A DNA stretch of 64,000 nt, from the IMG/VR virus record IMGVR_UViG_3300036780_000209, positions 32,001-96,000 of that record. The stretch is one strand, 5' to 3'. This document shows, one piece after another, positions 18,978 to 27,124 of this stretch (positions are counted from its first letter, which is position 1; every line of letters starts with the position of its first letter). The notes beneath the pieces are model-generated. The model was not told where the DNA came from. It searched no databases and saw nothing but the letters and a program-made list of their open reading frames with translations. This DNA comes from a virus. Both the position numbers and the translations under genes were made by a program.

Positions 18978-19261
18978 GCAGCGACGTGCCACTCACGCCC
19001 GACCTGGCCGGGGACGGCGGCGACCTGAGCCCCGAGGCCCGGGTTTTCCTGCATTTCAGGGACCTGCACCAGGCCCCCGGCGGACTGCCCCTGCGAGTCT
19101 GGGAACTGGCCGACCAGTACGCCGGCTGCAAGATAAGCGAAGCCAGCGACGAGGAATTCACCGCCTTCATGAACGGAGACGACTGCGAACGCTACCTGAT
19201 GGCACTCCACCAGGCAGCGCATGACATCAGTGACCTGAATCACGACAGGAACATGATCTGA
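18974..19261 (+). CDS. hypothetical protein
   Basis: GTGA overlap, RBS GAGGAGG. Confidence 0.55.
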   Translation: MSSDVPLTPDLAGDGGDLSPEARVFLHFRDLHQAPGGLPLRVWELADQYAGCKISEASDEEFTAFMNGDDCERYLMALHQAAHDISDLNHDRNMI

Positions 19262-19272
19262 GAGGAAATGCA

Positions 19273-20037
19273 ATGCGCATAGGAACAAAGATCACCAGTC
19301 CCGGCGGCCTCATCGAGGCGTCGGTCATGGTGTCCGGGCAGGCCCAGCAGCTTTACCGGCACGAGGGCCAGGTCTGGGTCGCCGGGATGGCCGGCTACCG
19401 CTACTCGATCCTGGTGAAGAACCAGGCCCCCGGCCGCATCGAGATCGTCAGCTCCGTGGACGGGCGCAACACCCTCAGGGACGAGGCAGCCGGGCACGGC
19501 AGCACGGGCATGGTCGTCGGCAGTCACCAGTCCTGGGACTGCGACGGATTCCGCCGGAACGACGATGAGGTGAGCGCCTTCGTGTTCACCGACCCGGGCC
19601 GCGCCGTGGCCTCCCAGGCGGGAGCCCCGGAGAACGTCGGGGTGCTCGGCCTGGCAGCCTGGCGCGAGAAGAGCAAGCCAGTGCCCGTCTATGACTCCTA
19701 TGCGGTCAGCGGTTTCGAGGACTCCCCCGTGATCTACAAGGGCGGCGGCCTGCAGACCCGGCTGAGCGCCGGCGTGGCCATGGCAGGAGCAGGCGGCTTC
19801 GAGATGCGCTCGGCCTCCGCTGCCCCCGACCTCGGCACCGGGATCGGCGAGACGCTGAGCAGCAAGGTAGGGCGCACCAGCTTCACCCGCGACGGCTCGG
19901 CCGACACGATCACCATCCGCTACGCCAGCGAGGAGAGCCTGCGCGAGCAGGGCATCACCGGGGACCTGGAGGCCGACGGCCCGAGGGCATTCCCGGCCGA
20001 CGACACCGGCTACGGCAAGTACGACCGCGTCCGCTGA
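19273..20037 (+). CDS. conserved hypothetical protein
   Basis: YSILVKN...SVDGRN...DGFRR...AFVF...NVGVLGLAAWRE pattern. Confidence 0.75.
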   Translation: MRIGTKITSPGGLIEASVMVSGQAQQLYRHEGQVWVAGMAGYRYSILVKNQAPGRIEIVSSVDGRNTLRDEAAGHGSTGMVVGSHQSWDCDGFRRNDDEVSAFVFTDPGRAVASQAGAPENVGVLGLAAWREKSKPVPVYDSYAVSGFEDSPVIYKGGGLQTRLSAGVAMAGAGGFEMRSASAAPDLGTGIGETLSSKVGRTSFTRDGSADTITIRYASEESLREQGITGDLEADGPRAFPADDTGYGKYDRVR

Positions 20038-20161
20038 TGTACCTGAGCCGCAGTCACCACCACGGCGCAGACGGAGCATGCCACCCCGGATGGGGCGGCA
20101 TGTTCTACTGCGCGCTGTGCGAGGCGTACTGGGACAGCCTCGACGATGATGACGAGGAGGA

Positions 20162-21277
20162 TCAGGCCAGCGCCAGCGGGGCAAGCTCGGCCAGGTCAGC
20201 CAGCCCTCCCGCAGCCTCGCCGCCCTCGGCCGCGCCGCCTGCCGCATCTCCGCCGCCGGGCAGCATGGTAGACAGGCCCTTGCCCATCAGGTAGTGCTCG
20301 GCCAGCCCGGGCGAGTGGCCTCCCCCGCCGCTGTCGCCTCCCCCGCCGCTGCTCTCGGGAGGCGGGCCGGGGTCCCCGGATACCTGGGAGTTGGTGAGCT
20401 GGTCCGGGGACAGCGCCGTCACCAGGTAACGGCCCACCACCTGGCGGGCCACCCGCTGGCACTCCGAATCGGGCAGGCCCGGGTTGGCCGCCGCGATCGA
20501 GGCGGCCACCGAGATGACCTGGCGGCGCACCGGGTCGGCCGAGGAAGTCACCTGGCCGACGCCCGCCGGGAGCTGGGGCTGCATGTCGTCCGGGCTGACG
20601 CTGGAGGGCAGGCTCGCTCCCATCGGGGCCACGGTGGTGTCTACCGAGCCCCGCCCCACCCCCATGTCCGGCGGGTCCTCGCTCAGGTAGTCAGCGGTAC
20701 GGCGCGAGGCCGACTTCTTCGGGCTGCAGCCGCACTCGCCGGGGGAACTGCCGCAGGCCTTGCACACGCCCCCCTTGAGCCTGCGCCCGCAAGGGCACCG
20801 GGTGGCGGCCGTCGCCTCGCTCACCCCGGCGGGCTGAGCCTGCCGGGGCACCGTGACCTGGGGCACGGGGCCGCCGGGTGCTCCCTGCGGCACCTCGGAG
20901 TACCCGTGGCTGAAATCAGGCCCCTCGTCATGCTCGTCGGGCTTCTCCGGGCCGCTGCCGAAGCCGCCTCCGTCCGGCACCCAGCCCAGCGGGTCCTGCC
21001 CCTCGGGCAGCGCCATCCGCTGCATCTGGGCCTCGTGGTACAGGCCGAACCGGCGGTCGGCGACCTCGGCCACCTCGTCCGGGTCCGCGCCGTACCGCAG
21101 CGCGATCGTCACCAGGCGGTCCTCCGCCATGGCCCGGCGGTGCAGGTACTCCTGCTCGGTCCTGGCCATCAGCAAGAACGGCATCACGTCCTGCAGCTCG
21201 GCATCGACCCGGGCCAGGGCGGCGGTGCGCTCCATGGCGTCGTGGTCATAGCCGGCCTCCTCCCACAGGGTGGTCAT
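20162..21277 (-). CDS. probable internal virion protein
   Basis: Low-complexity, RRTA/KSAS linkers; shares a motif with 23013..24251. Confidence 0.6.
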   Translation of the reverse strand: MTTLWEEAGYDHDAMERTAALARVDAELQDVMPFLLMARTEQEYLHRRAMAEDRLVTIALRYGADPDEVAEVADRRFGLYHEAQMQRMALPEGQDPLGWVPDGGGFGSGPEKPDEHDEGPDFSHGYSEVPQGAPGGPVPQVTVPRQAQPAGVSEATAATRCPCGRRLKGGVCKACGSSPGECGCSPKKSASRRTADYLSEDPPDMGVGRGSVDTTVAPMGASLPSSVSPDDMQPQLPAGVGQVTSSADPVRRQVISVAASIAAANPGLPDSECQRVARQVVGRYLVTALSPDQLTNSQVSGDPGPPPESSGGGGDSGGGGHSPGLAEHYLMGKGLSTMLPGGGDAAGGAAEGGEAAGGLADLAELAPLALA

Positions 21278-23004
21278 GACTGCTCCCTCATCTTCGCCAG
21301 GCGGGACTGGACGACGGCGCGGAAGGCGGCCTGCCTGCCGTCATGGTGCGGGTTGCCCTGGTCAGCCGCCGCGTTCGAGTAGCCCGGGCCGGCCGCGTCG
21401 TTCGGGGCGGCCGGGGCCAGGTTGATGTTGGTGTAGCCCGGCCCGGGGCCGCTGAATCCCATCTGGGGCTTGCCGTCCGGCTTCGCCGGCTCCTGGGCCG
21501 GCCCGGCCACGTCATCGGACACCACCGGGCCGCCGCCGTGCGGCTCGGCTCCCTGGTACGGGGAGGCCCCTCCCGGGCGGCCGGGATTGCCGCGCCCGCC
21601 CGACTGGGGAGGCGTGCCGGGACCGTTGATGGGGGTCGAGCCCATCGGGTCCGGGCTGGTTCCGGGGCCGTCGGTGATGAGGTCGGTAGAGCTGCCCGCC
21701 TGGACGTACAGGCCTCGCACGAAGACGCTCGGGTTGGCCCGGGCATACCTCCGGGTAAAGCCCTCGTGAGCATCCAGGCGGTCACTCAGGACCGCGTGGA
21801 CGGACCCCAGCCGGTCATGCTCCCGGGCCCACGTTTCCTGGGCCCGGGGATTGTCGGTGATGCCCGCGTACAGCCCCGCCTCAAATGCGGCCGAGCCCTG
21901 GCTGACGAGCCTGCCGCCCTTCCAGTTCAGGGCGTACCGGTATCCCCGGGTGAAATCCGGCTGGGCGAGGGCCTGGGGGGTGACGAAGGCGGCCGAGGCA
22001 CGCAGGCTGGCCTTGGACACCTGGAACTGGGTGCCCGCCTCCTGGGCGTTCTGCGCCTGGCCGCTGTCCCCGCCGAGCGACATCGGGGTGTCCTGGGTGC
22101 CGTACTGCTGCCCGGCTGCCGCATAGCCCTCGGCGTACCCCTTGACGTACGGGCTGACCTTCGAGCTGTTGTCCATGAAAGTCGGCCGCTGCGAGGTGCG
22201 GGCGTCCTGCTGGCCCTCGCTGAACCCGGCCTGGTAGTCCCCGTCCGAGCTGTTCTGGCCCGGGGACGGCTGCGGGGTGGTCGCGGCCGAGTTGAACGGC
22301 GGGGCGAAGTCGTCCGTGGTCTGGTGCGGCCGGGTGAGCGTGTCAGCGTGGCGGCGCACGGCCTCCCTCGGGGTGCCGGCAGGCAGGTTCCGCTGGGCAG
22401 TCGCGTCGGCGTAGGCACCCATGTAGTGCTTGTGCAGGTCCGGCCGGCCGGTCATCTCGGCGTACTGCTTCTGCGTCCACGGGGTGCGCTGGCTCATGGT
22501 ATGAACCATCCCGGCCATCTCGTTGTACGAGCGCAGGTACTGCCCGTGGCCCTTGTCGCTGAAGATCGCCGAGTAGTCGCTCTTGTGGCGGGGCTGCTTG
22601 CCCTCCATGGCGTCCATGCGGCCGAACAGGCGGTGCGTGCCTCCCGAGGCCCTCATGCCGGCTTCCTTCTGCTGCTGGCCGCCCTTCGGCTGCGCGCCTC
22701 CCGGGCCGGTCTCCCACTCGCCCTGGAAAGCCGGGTTCAGCGGGAACATGCTCTCCGGGCTGAACTGGTCGGCCTGCGGGACCTCGGCATTGTTGGGGTC
22801 CACGACCTCATGCGGGTACGACAACGAGGAGGCGGCCTGCACCTCGCGCTCGGCTGCCTTCACCCAGGAGGGGGCAGCGGCCGTGCGGGGAGCCAGGCCG
22901 CCCTCGGCCCGGTGCTTGACGTACCCGCAGTATGCCTTCGCGTCGCCCTTGTCCCCGTTGGCGGAAACGCAGGCGTCGAAGTTCTCATAACCGGCGAACG
23001 GCAC
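21274..23004 (-). CDS. probable internal virion protein
   Basis: N-terminal PFAGYENFDACV...AYCG module; Gly/Pro-rich; RTAA/KEA/RHA linkers. Confidence 0.6.
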   Translation of the reverse strand: MPFAGYENFDACVSANGDKGDAKAYCGYVKHRAEGGLAPRTAAAPSWVKAAEREVQAASSLSYPHEVVDPNNAEVPQADQFSPESMFPLNPAFQGEWETGPGGAQPKGGQQQKEAGMRASGGTHRLFGRMDAMEGKQPRHKSDYSAIFSDKGHGQYLRSYNEMAGMVHTMSQRTPWTQKQYAEMTGRPDLHKHYMGAYADATAQRNLPAGTPREAVRRHADTLTRPHQTTDDFAPPFNSAATTPQPSPGQNSSDGDYQAGFSEGQQDARTSQRPTFMDNSSKVSPYVKGYAEGYAAAGQQYGTQDTPMSLGGDSGQAQNAQEAGTQFQVSKASLRASAAFVTPQALAQPDFTRGYRYALNWKGGRLVSQGSAAFEAGLYAGITDNPRAQETWAREHDRLGSVHAVLSDRLDAHEGFTRRYARANPSVFVRGLYVQAGSSTDLITDGPGTSPDPMGSTPINGPGTPPQSGGRGNPGRPGGASPYQGAEPHGGGPVVSDDVAGPAQEPAKPDGKPQMGFSGPGPGYTNINLAPAAPNDAAGPGYSNAAADQGNPHHDGRQAAFRAVVQSRLAKMREQS

Positions 23005-23012
23005 GGAAAACC

Positions 23013-24251
23013 TCAGCTCTCATCGGACTTCTTGCAGGCCGCGATCACCGGGCGGACCACCGCGAGGAACCCGTGCAGCACGGCCGCGTCGTCGGCCTCG
23101 CGGGCCGACCCGGCATAAGCGGTCACCAGGCGGTTGTGATGGGCCACGAGATCGGACGAAGTCCGGGAAGCGGCGATCACCCGCCGTCCCTCCTGCATGC
23201 CGACGTGCTCCAGGGCAACGCTCCGGGCCACGTCCTCGTAGCTCTGCGAGTAGCCGACGGCCACCGAGGCGGTGTGCTCCGTGCCGCAGCGCTCGTCCGG
23301 CCAGTGCTCGGCGCGGCACGCCACGTGGAAAGGAGCCTCGGCGTAGGCGGAGCCGGTGACCCACCGGAAGCCGGCCTTGTCCGGGACGCTCCACGACGCG
23401 GCCCGGTTCTGCAGGTGATCGCTGTCAGCCACCTGATCCGTCCCCGCGACCGGGTTCGGGGTGGCCGGGCCGCCCTGCTGGGAGACGGGAGCCGGGGCGG
23501 CGGGGATGGTACCCGGCGGCCCGAGCGGCACTTCGGCGTAGCTGTTCGAGGTGTCGAAGCCGGTGGTGTGCTCATCGGGCTTCTCCGGCCCGGACCCGAA
23601 GCCCGAGCCGCCGCCGTCCTGCTGCTCGACCTGCTGGATCAGCGGGGCGCTCTCGCTGCTGATCGCGCTGGCGTGGTTGTCGCTTTCCACCCCGCCGTTG
23701 TAGTCGTTGACCTCGGGAGCGAAGTTGTCGAAGACCTGGCCCGGCATCGGGGTAGCGGACGGCTGGTTGTCCGGGTCGATCGTCTGCTGGATCTGGGGCA
23801 GGCCGGAGGCCGCCCCCTTCTGCAGGGCGGCCGACAGGATCGCGACGCCGCTCAGGAACTCGTTCCTGGCAGCGGCGGCATGCTCTCCGTACCGGCCGGC
23901 CAGGGACGCGGCACGGCCGTAAGCCTGCGCCGTGAACTCCTCCTGGTCATGCAGGACAGCCTGGTCGAGCCCCTGGATCCACGCCGACGCCTCGGCGATC
24001 ATCGGCACCCGGTAGTCGGCCGGTGCCTCGTAGTCCGCCAGCCAGTCGGTCGCGGCCGTGTGGTGCTCGTGGACGGGGACCGGGGTGAGCGCGGCGGTGA
24101 CGTGGCGGGCGGCCATGTCCAGCTCGCGGGACTGGGCATGCACCTGACGGCGCTGCCCGTCGAAGGTGTCGAGGGCGGCGACGGCGGATGCCAGGACCCG
24201 CCCGTCGTGCGCCTCCTGGATGGCCCTCACGAGCGTGGCGCGTTCCGTCAT
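23013..24251 (-). CDS. probable internal virion protein
   Basis: RBS AGGAGG; KGAA/NRAA linkers. Confidence 0.6.
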   Translation of the reverse strand: MTERATLVRAIQEAHDGRVLASAVAALDTFDGQRRQVHAQSRELDMAARHVTAALTPVPVHEHHTAATDWLADYEAPADYRVPMIAEASAWIQGLDQAVLHDQEEFTAQAYGRAASLAGRYGEHAAAARNEFLSGVAILSAALQKGAASGLPQIQQTIDPDNQPSATPMPGQVFDNFAPEVNDYNGGVESDNHASAISSESAPLIQQVEQQDGGGSGFGSGPEKPDEHTTGFDTSNSYAEVPLGPPGTIPAAPAPVSQQGGPATPNPVAGTDQVADSDHLQNRAASWSVPDKAGFRWVTGSAYAEAPFHVACRAEHWPDERCGTEHTASVAVGYSQSYEDVARSVALEHVGMQEGRRVIAASRTSSDLVAHHNRLVTAYAGSAREADDAAVLHGFLAVVRPVIAACKKSDES

Positions 24252-24299
24252 AACCAGCCTCCTGCCGCTTGTCTGAACCTTCCCGGGGAGGAGAAGGGA

Positions 24300-24758
24300 T
24301 CAGCCAGTGATGACGGAAATGATCGCGGAGAGGTCACGGTTCTTCACCGGGGGAGTGCGGCCGACATCCATGTAATCCAGCCACAGGCCCGCCACCTCGG
24401 GAGCGGACAGCCCGGCTGCGACCCGGGCCGGGCTCCAGCCGGTGATGCGGCCGTACCAGTGCATCGGCCCGAGCGCCTTGTCCGGCCGGCGCACCGGGGC
24501 GAACGGCAAGCCCGACTGGCACGCCTGGTTCACCAGGTCCCGGAGCTGTGCCCGGCTCAGCATGATCCGGCCGCCGGCCTCTAGCTGGGCCACGGCGACC
24601 TCCAGGGCAGTGCGGCCCCGGGCGGTCTTGTGCTTGTCCTCGGCAGCCTGGCGGGCGCAACTGAGGTGACGCCCGTAGAGCATCTCCTCGCCGAGGATGA
24701 TCTCCTCGCCGCAGGACGGGCAGGCCAGCCCGGTTTCCCAGCATGTCGTCAGCATCAT
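24300..24758 (-). CDS. hypothetical protein
   Basis: CPSC...HLSC; RBS GGAGG. Confidence 0.6.
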   Translation of the reverse strand: MMLTTCWETGLACPSCGEEIILGEEMLYGRHLSCARQAAEDKHKTARGRTALEVAVAQLEAGGRIMLSRAQLRDLVNQACQSGLPFAPVRRPDKALGPMHWYGRITGWSPARVAAGLSAPEVAGLWLDYMDVGRTPPVKNRDLSAIISVITG

Positions 24759-24790
24759 CCCCTCCGTAACTTCCGGGGGGAGACGCCGGG

Positions 24791-25069
24791 TCAGGCGGGA
24801 GCGGGTTCCTCATCCTCTTCGAGCGTGATGCCGTGAGCAGCCAGGATGCCCCCTGCGATCTCGGCCCGGCGCACCTGGCGGGCACTGCGCAGGAAGTCCA
24901 TGCCCTTGTGCCAGAGCTGGGAGTCCGGGGCATCGATCTTGAGCAGCTCGTAGATGCGGTCCAGGGCCTCCAGGCCGGCGATCCGGGCATGCAGCTCGGC
25001 GGGCCAGGCCCCCACCTCTACCAGGTCGAAGTCATTTTCCTTGCTCGGCTCGGCGTCAGGCACCGGCAA
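24791..25069 (-). CDS. hypothetical protein
   Basis: ORF track, packed in operon. Confidence 0.6.
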   Translation of the reverse strand: MPVPDAEPSKENDFDLVEVGAWPAELHARIAGLEALDRIYELLKIDAPDSQLWHKGMDFLRSARQVRRAEIAGGILAAHGITLEEDEEPAPA

Positions 25070-25646
25070 CTCCCGTCAGGCTCATCAGGCCGCGCAGGAT
25101 GCGGGCCTCCGCTTCCACGGAATGGAACGTGAAAGCGGGATGGTACAACGGCACCAGGCCGCACGAGTAACCGCTCTCCGGCGACTTCCAGGTCATCCTC
25201 TTGCCCTCCAGCTCGGCCAGGGACCCGCCGGGCACGAGGGCTCGCAGCGCCACGCCGCCCAGGGACACGATCATCGCGGGTCGCACCAGGTCCAGCTCGG
25301 CATGGAGACAGGGGCGGCTGGCCATGATCTCGTACGGGTACGGCGTGCGGTTGCCCGGGGGCCGGTACTTCACCACGTTGGTGATGTAGCAGAACTGGCG
25401 CGGGATGCCGGCCCGGCTCAGGAGGCGGTTCAGGACATCCCCGGCGGCCCCCACGAAGGGCTTGCCGCGCTCGGCCTCCTCACGGCCGGGGGCCTCGCCG
25501 ACGAGCGCCAGCGGGGCGCTCAGGAGCCCGCAGGGGCCTACTAGCGGAGACCCGGCAGCGAGCGGGGCGAGCAGGGGCTGCTGCCGGTAGCTGGCTAGTG
25601 CCTGGGCGAGTACCGCTGCCGGGTCCGGCGCTTCCTCAGGTTCCAC
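25056..25646 (-). CDS. udg: uracil-DNA glycosylase, family 4-like
   Basis: VGEAPG...GKPFVGAAG, YITNVVKYRPPGNRTP, LYHPAF; start uncertain. Confidence 0.9.
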   Translation of the reverse strand: MEPEEAPDPAAVLAQALASYRQQPLLAPLAAGSPLVGPCGLLSAPLALVGEAPGREEAERGKPFVGAAGDVLNRLLSRAGIPRQFCYITNVVKYRPPGNRTPYPYEIMASRPCLHAELDLVRPAMIVSLGGVALRALVPGGSLAELEGKRMTWKSPESGYSCGLVPLYHPAFTFHSVEAEARILRGLMSLTGVAGA

Positions 25647-25897
25647 GTGATCAGCCACCAGGTCCGGGCTAGCAGGGAGGTCATGGCAAGGGAGATGAAG
25701 AGCAACGCGCAGAATACCGCGATCACGATGGCGGCGAGGAGAACTATCTCGACTCCGGTCACCGGGCGGAAGAAGAAGCACAGCTCCGCCGTGACGAGAG
25801 CCAGCATCAGCGCGGTGAAGGCGAGCGGCGGCCCTTTCCTGCGCGGCAGATCGTCGCGGATGACAGGGATGGGCTCGGTGGGCTCATCCCCGCTCAT
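25595..25897 (-). CDS. two-TM membrane protein
   Basis: Two hydrophobic helices, basic C-terminus. Confidence 0.6.
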   Translation of the reverse strand: MSGDEPTEPIPVIRDDLPRRKGPPLAFTALMLALVTAELCFFFRPVTGVEIVLLAAIVIAVFCALLFISLAMTSLLARTWWLITWNLRKRRTRQRYSPRH

Positions 25898-26250
25898 GCT
25901 GCGCGAGCCGCCTTCTTCGCCGTCTCGGCGCGGGCTTCGAGCACCACCTTGCGGATCTTCGCGCCAGGGTCCTCCAGGACAAGGCCGCCGCCGGAGCGGT
26001 GCCGCACCAGGAATCCCAGCTCGGTACGCCGGACGGGGTTCCAGGATCCGTCGGCCACGGCGGCATTATGAGCCTGCTGCCGCGCCAGGTCCGCCAGCTC
26101 CCAGGGCGTCGGGTCCTTGGCAGTGCGTCTCTTCCGGTTTGCCTGCTCACGGGCACGCTGGGCCTCGATCCGGCGCAGCTTGGCTGCGCTCGGCCCGGCG
26201 GGACGGACAACCTTCGCAGAAGCCGCCTTCGGCTTCTGGTTCTTCGCCAT
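25894..26250 (-). CDS. basic hypothetical protein
   Basis: Lys/Arg/Ala-rich; downstream of promoter 26393-26422. Confidence 0.6.
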   Translation of the reverse strand: MAKNQKPKAASAKVVRPAGPSAAKLRRIEAQRAREQANRKRRTAKDPTPWELADLARQQAHNAAVADGSWNPVRRTELGFLVRHRSGGGLVLEDPGAKIRKVVLEARAETAKKAARAA

Positions 26251-26392
26251 GAGGCAGGAACTTCCTTCCTGGAGCAATGAGAGGCCCGGCCGCCTGCGGG
26301 GGGGGTTGCGGGCGGCCGGGCGATCCCGGGGGCAACTCGGCTGGGGTGGCAGCCGGTACAGGCAGCCTCCGGGAGAACTGCGCAGGACCCTC

Positions 26393-26422
26393 ACGTTACT
26401 ACAAGGAAGCCTGCATGGTCAA
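26393..26422 (-). promoter_or_regulatory. sigma70-type promoter with palindromic box
   Basis: Minus strand TTGACC-18-TAACGT; box TACAAGGAAGCCTGCA at 26400-26415. Confidence 0.7.
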
Positions 26423-26425
26423 CGG

Positions 26426-26596
26426 CTAATTCCGGTTTCCCGTCATGAGGATCTGCATCCTCAGCTCCATGGAGTTCAGGCGCAGCTCAAGGTCGCGCAT
26501 CCGGTCTTCCAGGACCTTCTCCCGGGACCTGGCCCCAGCCTCAGCCCAGGCAACGGCAGTGCCCGGATCGTTGATGCAGCCGCACTGAACGCACAT
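26426..26596 (-). CDS. small hypothetical protein
   Basis: Hand translation MCVQCGCINDPG...; TAATG coupling to upstream gene. Confidence 0.5.
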   Translation of the reverse strand: MCVQCGCINDPGTAVAWAEAGARSREKVLEDRMRDLELRLNSMELRMQILMTGNRN

Positions 26597-26814
26597 TACG
26601 GCTTGATCTCCGCGAACGGGTCATCGAACGTGGAGAGCTTCTCCCAGCCCGGGTGAGCGGCCTCCCACGCCTCGCGGATCCGCACCGTCTCGGCTACCGA
26701 CGGAGACGCGCACGGCCCGGGGTGGTGCTCCTGGATCTCGCACAGGTGCGCTACCGGCTCGACCTGCACCGGGATCCGGCACTTGCGCTTCGGGTACTCC
26801 GCCCAGCTAGCCAT
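26596..26814 (-). CDS. hypothetical protein
   Basis: C...C...HPGPC motif. Confidence 0.6.
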   Translation of the reverse strand: MASWAEYPKRKCRIPVQVEPVAHLCEIQEHHPGPCASPSVAETVRIREAWEAAHPGWEKLSTFDDPFAEIKP

Positions 26815-27124
26815 CCAGCAGCACCGACCTGACGGCCTCGTACACGGCCTCGCAGATCTCCTCGACGATCTTGCGGTCGTCGATCCCGTCGAGGATGCCC
26901 TTGCGGCTGTTCAGCTCGTCATAGACAGCCTGCGCCCCTACTGTCATCAGTGGCCGATCCTCCCGCAGTGATACAGCTTCCAGAGTGTCATGTGATCCTT
27001 GAACACGGCCGCATGGCAGGTGACCGCGCCCTCGAAGCCGATGTTGCCGTGGCCGCCCCGGTAGATGCCCACAGTAAACGTGTGGGGGATTGCGCCCATC
27101 AGCATGAGGATCGTGTGGCTCATG

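Noticed and set aside
20037-20294. 85-aa plus-strand ORF
   Set aside because: The second half is antisense overlap with 20162..21277; only the first ~40 codons are plausible, so it was not called.
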